Shown one piece after another: positions 61,528 to 64,000 of a DNA stretch of 64,000 bases (positions within the stretch are counted from its first letter, which is position 1; each line of letters opens with the position of its first letter). Source of the stretch: Rhizodiscina lignyota (Eukaryota); NCBI GenBank assembly GCA_010015805.1, contig ML978124.1, forward strand, positions 620,001-684,000. Reading direction: 5' to 3'. The notes beneath the pieces are model-generated. The model saw nothing but the letters and a program-made list of their open reading frames with translations. It was not told the DNA's origin and did not search any database. The position numbers and the translations under genes are program-made.

Positions 61528-63185
61528 ATGGTGACTGCAATGGATCTTGATACGATTGTGAAGAATGGCAGAATTGTAAGTCAATTATTGGGCAACGAAG
61601 AGAGCGTGATGCTGGGGTTGAGTGGATGTAATTGACTGAATGGAAGGTGACCGCGTCGGAGATTTTGCCCCCTGGCTTGCAGATCGGCATCAAGGACGGG
61701 AAAATCGTCAACATCGCAACGTCTCTTGCTCCAGCACCGCATACCAAAGTCATTGATGCAGAAGGTGCCTACATAACTCCCGGAGGTGTCGATACCCATG
61801 TCCACCTAGCTCAAGACAATTGTCCCACAGGCGACGATTGGGAGACTGGAACGCGCAGCGCCGTCGCTGGAGGCACCACAACGATTGTTGCTTTCTGCGG
61901 CCAGGAAAAAACTGATACCTCGTTGTTTCCTGTCTTAGAGGAGTATCATGGCAGGTCGAGGGGCCAAAGCTATGTCGACTACGGATTTCATTTTATCCTC
62001 ACGAATCCAACGAAAGAGATTCTCGATAATGAGCTGAAAATCATCGCCGAGAGGGAAGGGATCACGAGCGTCAAGCTTTACATGACGTACGAACGAATGC
62101 AGCTTACTGACCGAGAACTTCTGGATATCATGATGACTACACGAAGCCTCGGGATGACAACTATGGTACATTGCGAAAACAGTGGTCAGTGAATTTCCAA
62201 GCTCATGCTGGGGCTATCATGGCTGGCATAATTGATCATTATACTCACGTGGCATTCAGATATGATTGCTCTCATCACTGAACGCCTTGAGGCGCGTGGG
62301 CTGACAGATCCGTATTATCACGCTATTTCCCGTCCAATGATTGCAGAGAACGAGGCATCGTACCGTGCGATTGCTCTCGCAGAATTGGTCGATACTCCGA
62401 TCCTTATCGTACACATGTCGTCCGAAGTCGCGTTAGCGACTGTCCGAGAAGCGCAGACACGAATGCTCCCCATCCATGCTGAGACATGTCCGCAATATCT
62501 CTACCTCCTGAGTGAACGACTGAAAGGCGACAACTTTGAGGGCGCAAAGTGCGTCTGTTCTCCTCCGCTACGACACGAAAAGGCAGACCTCGACGCTCTA
62601 TGGCAGAGCGTCGCCAATGGAACAATAACAACCTTCTCATCTGATCACGCACCAAGTAAATTTTACGTAGAAGGCGGCAAGCGCCTCGGTCTGATCGACG
62701 GTATTCCTCGCTTCCGGGAAATCCCCAATGGCCTTCCGGGTGTTGAAACGCGTGTTCCTCTGCTATTTAGTTCGGCATATGGGCCAGATGCTCGTATCAG
62801 TCTCCCACGATTCGTCCAGATTACTGCTACGAACCCGGCGAAACTATATGGCCTTGGAGCGCTGAAAGGCTCTATCGCTCCTGGATTCGATGCGGATCTT
62901 GTCATTTGGTATCCTGATGATTACTTCATGGACGGCTTGGAAGTCAAACAGGACATGCTTCATCACAGTATAGACTACACCCCATATGAAGGGATGAAGC
63001 TCAAGAACTGGCCCCGGTACTCGCTTTTACGAGGTGAAGTAGTTTGGGACAGAGACAATGGCGGTGTAGTAGGCAAGATGGGGCAGGGAAACTTTGTCAA
63101 GAGAGCGAAAGGGGAGCTCGTTATGGGCAAGATGGGAAATCATGTTAAGGGCATGCTGTCGGAAGAACGACAGATGTGGGCATAG
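61528..63185 (+). CDS. Dihydropyrimidinase / D-hydantoinase (cyclic amidohydrolase)
   Basis: Binuclear metal ligands DTHVH, carboxylated-Lys 'SVKLYMTY', HCEN, VHMS and SDHAP; 'NGLPGVETR', 'NPAKLYG'. Introns 61576-61647 and ~62185-62259. Confidence 0.93.
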
Positions 63186-64000
63186 TTGGAAGTGTAATAA
63201 GTAGTGCCTCAAACGTGGATATTCCGATATATACAGCTTTAAGTTTGTTCGCACTGCTCCTCCGCCAGCAAGTCGAGCAGGATTGAACTGAAACGCCGCT
63301 CATCACCTTCAATCTGCGTAAAGGCCAGGTAGTAACGAAATAGCTGCGCCCGGTTAACTGAACGGCTGCAGCAAGAACAAGTTTTGTTCTTTAGTATGAG
63401 CGAGAGCTTCCTTAAAAGCTCCACTAGTATCGACCATATACACGGAAGCTGCTTGTCTTCCATAAAATGCGCTCCGGTGTATACTTAATCATCGACGATT
63501 ATTGATTGCTCATGTAAAGCGTGTATGTGATACCTTATAATAGCTACTGCTCGTCAAAGAGCCCCATCCTCATCGCCATTCACATCGGGTCCGACTCATC
63601 ATCCTTTTCCGCTTCGATGGCCGTCAGCTAGTGCTAGCAAATACCTCTGATATAAAGGGGGTTTGTCACTTAAGATACCTCATCGGGTAATGTGCATGTT
63701 GATGGAGAGGTGTTTAACATGCGGGAATATAGCGCCTCGTAGAGCCGACGCTGAAAGCTTGGGGGAGGAGAAAATACATACATAATGTGAAGTTAAAGAT
63801 GAGAAACAATTAAAGCTAGAAACCGAATTGAAAGAAAAAAGAGCCCTTAGATCAGAGCGTATAATGCACTTCATTCAGCGCTTGCTTGCACTAGCTAGTG
63901 GGCTGGGCGGACTTGTTTAGATAAATGGGATCTACCATTTCGACAACATGCAATTACAACTTCTCAGTAATTCTTCCCCTAAAAAAAATCATCTATGGTG

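Noticed and set aside
1..64000. tRNA, rRNA, CRISPR arrays, intact transposons
   Set aside because: No cloverleaf, rDNA, spacer array, or transposase/RT/integrase motif was recognised by eye. tRNAscan-SE and RepeatMasker were not run.

Overview
This is a gene-dense, intron-containing eukaryotic window from a filamentous ascomycete. Short GT-AG introns with CTRAY branch points and the gene content point to Pezizomycotina; finer taxonomy cannot be read from the sequence. About 28 protein-coding genes are supportable. Recognisable ones are midasin/Rea1 (truncated at the window edge), mitochondrial bL12, Ctk3, pyrroline-5-carboxylate reductase, a DUF3712 protein, Sec61-beta, an SDR, a Ppn2-like metallophosphatase, a DUF1264 protein, two cytochrome P450s, an SGNH-type membrane-anchored hydrolase, a GPI-anchored Cu-only SOD, Nse4, Vps34, Tim13, an L-type lectin, ct6A dehydratase (TCD), and a divergent NCS1 permease/hydantoinase pair. 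Several orphan genes are also present. The most unusual element is the ~1.2 kb gap at 56010-57180, which has no convincing ORF. On the minus strand it shows a pyrimidine-rich start, a canonical intron, a series of long nested stems and an embedded box C/D module with a perfect terminal stem, so it is a candidate unannotated structured ncRNA or snoRNA host. Other highlights are an intron-hidden tesmin/CXC-type 9-Cys domain gene with MCB-like promoter motifs, a 112-aa 12-Cys protein, and an in-frame 264-bp tandem duplication with mostly synonymous divergence. All splice sites and base-pairings were read by eye; no databases or folding programs were run.
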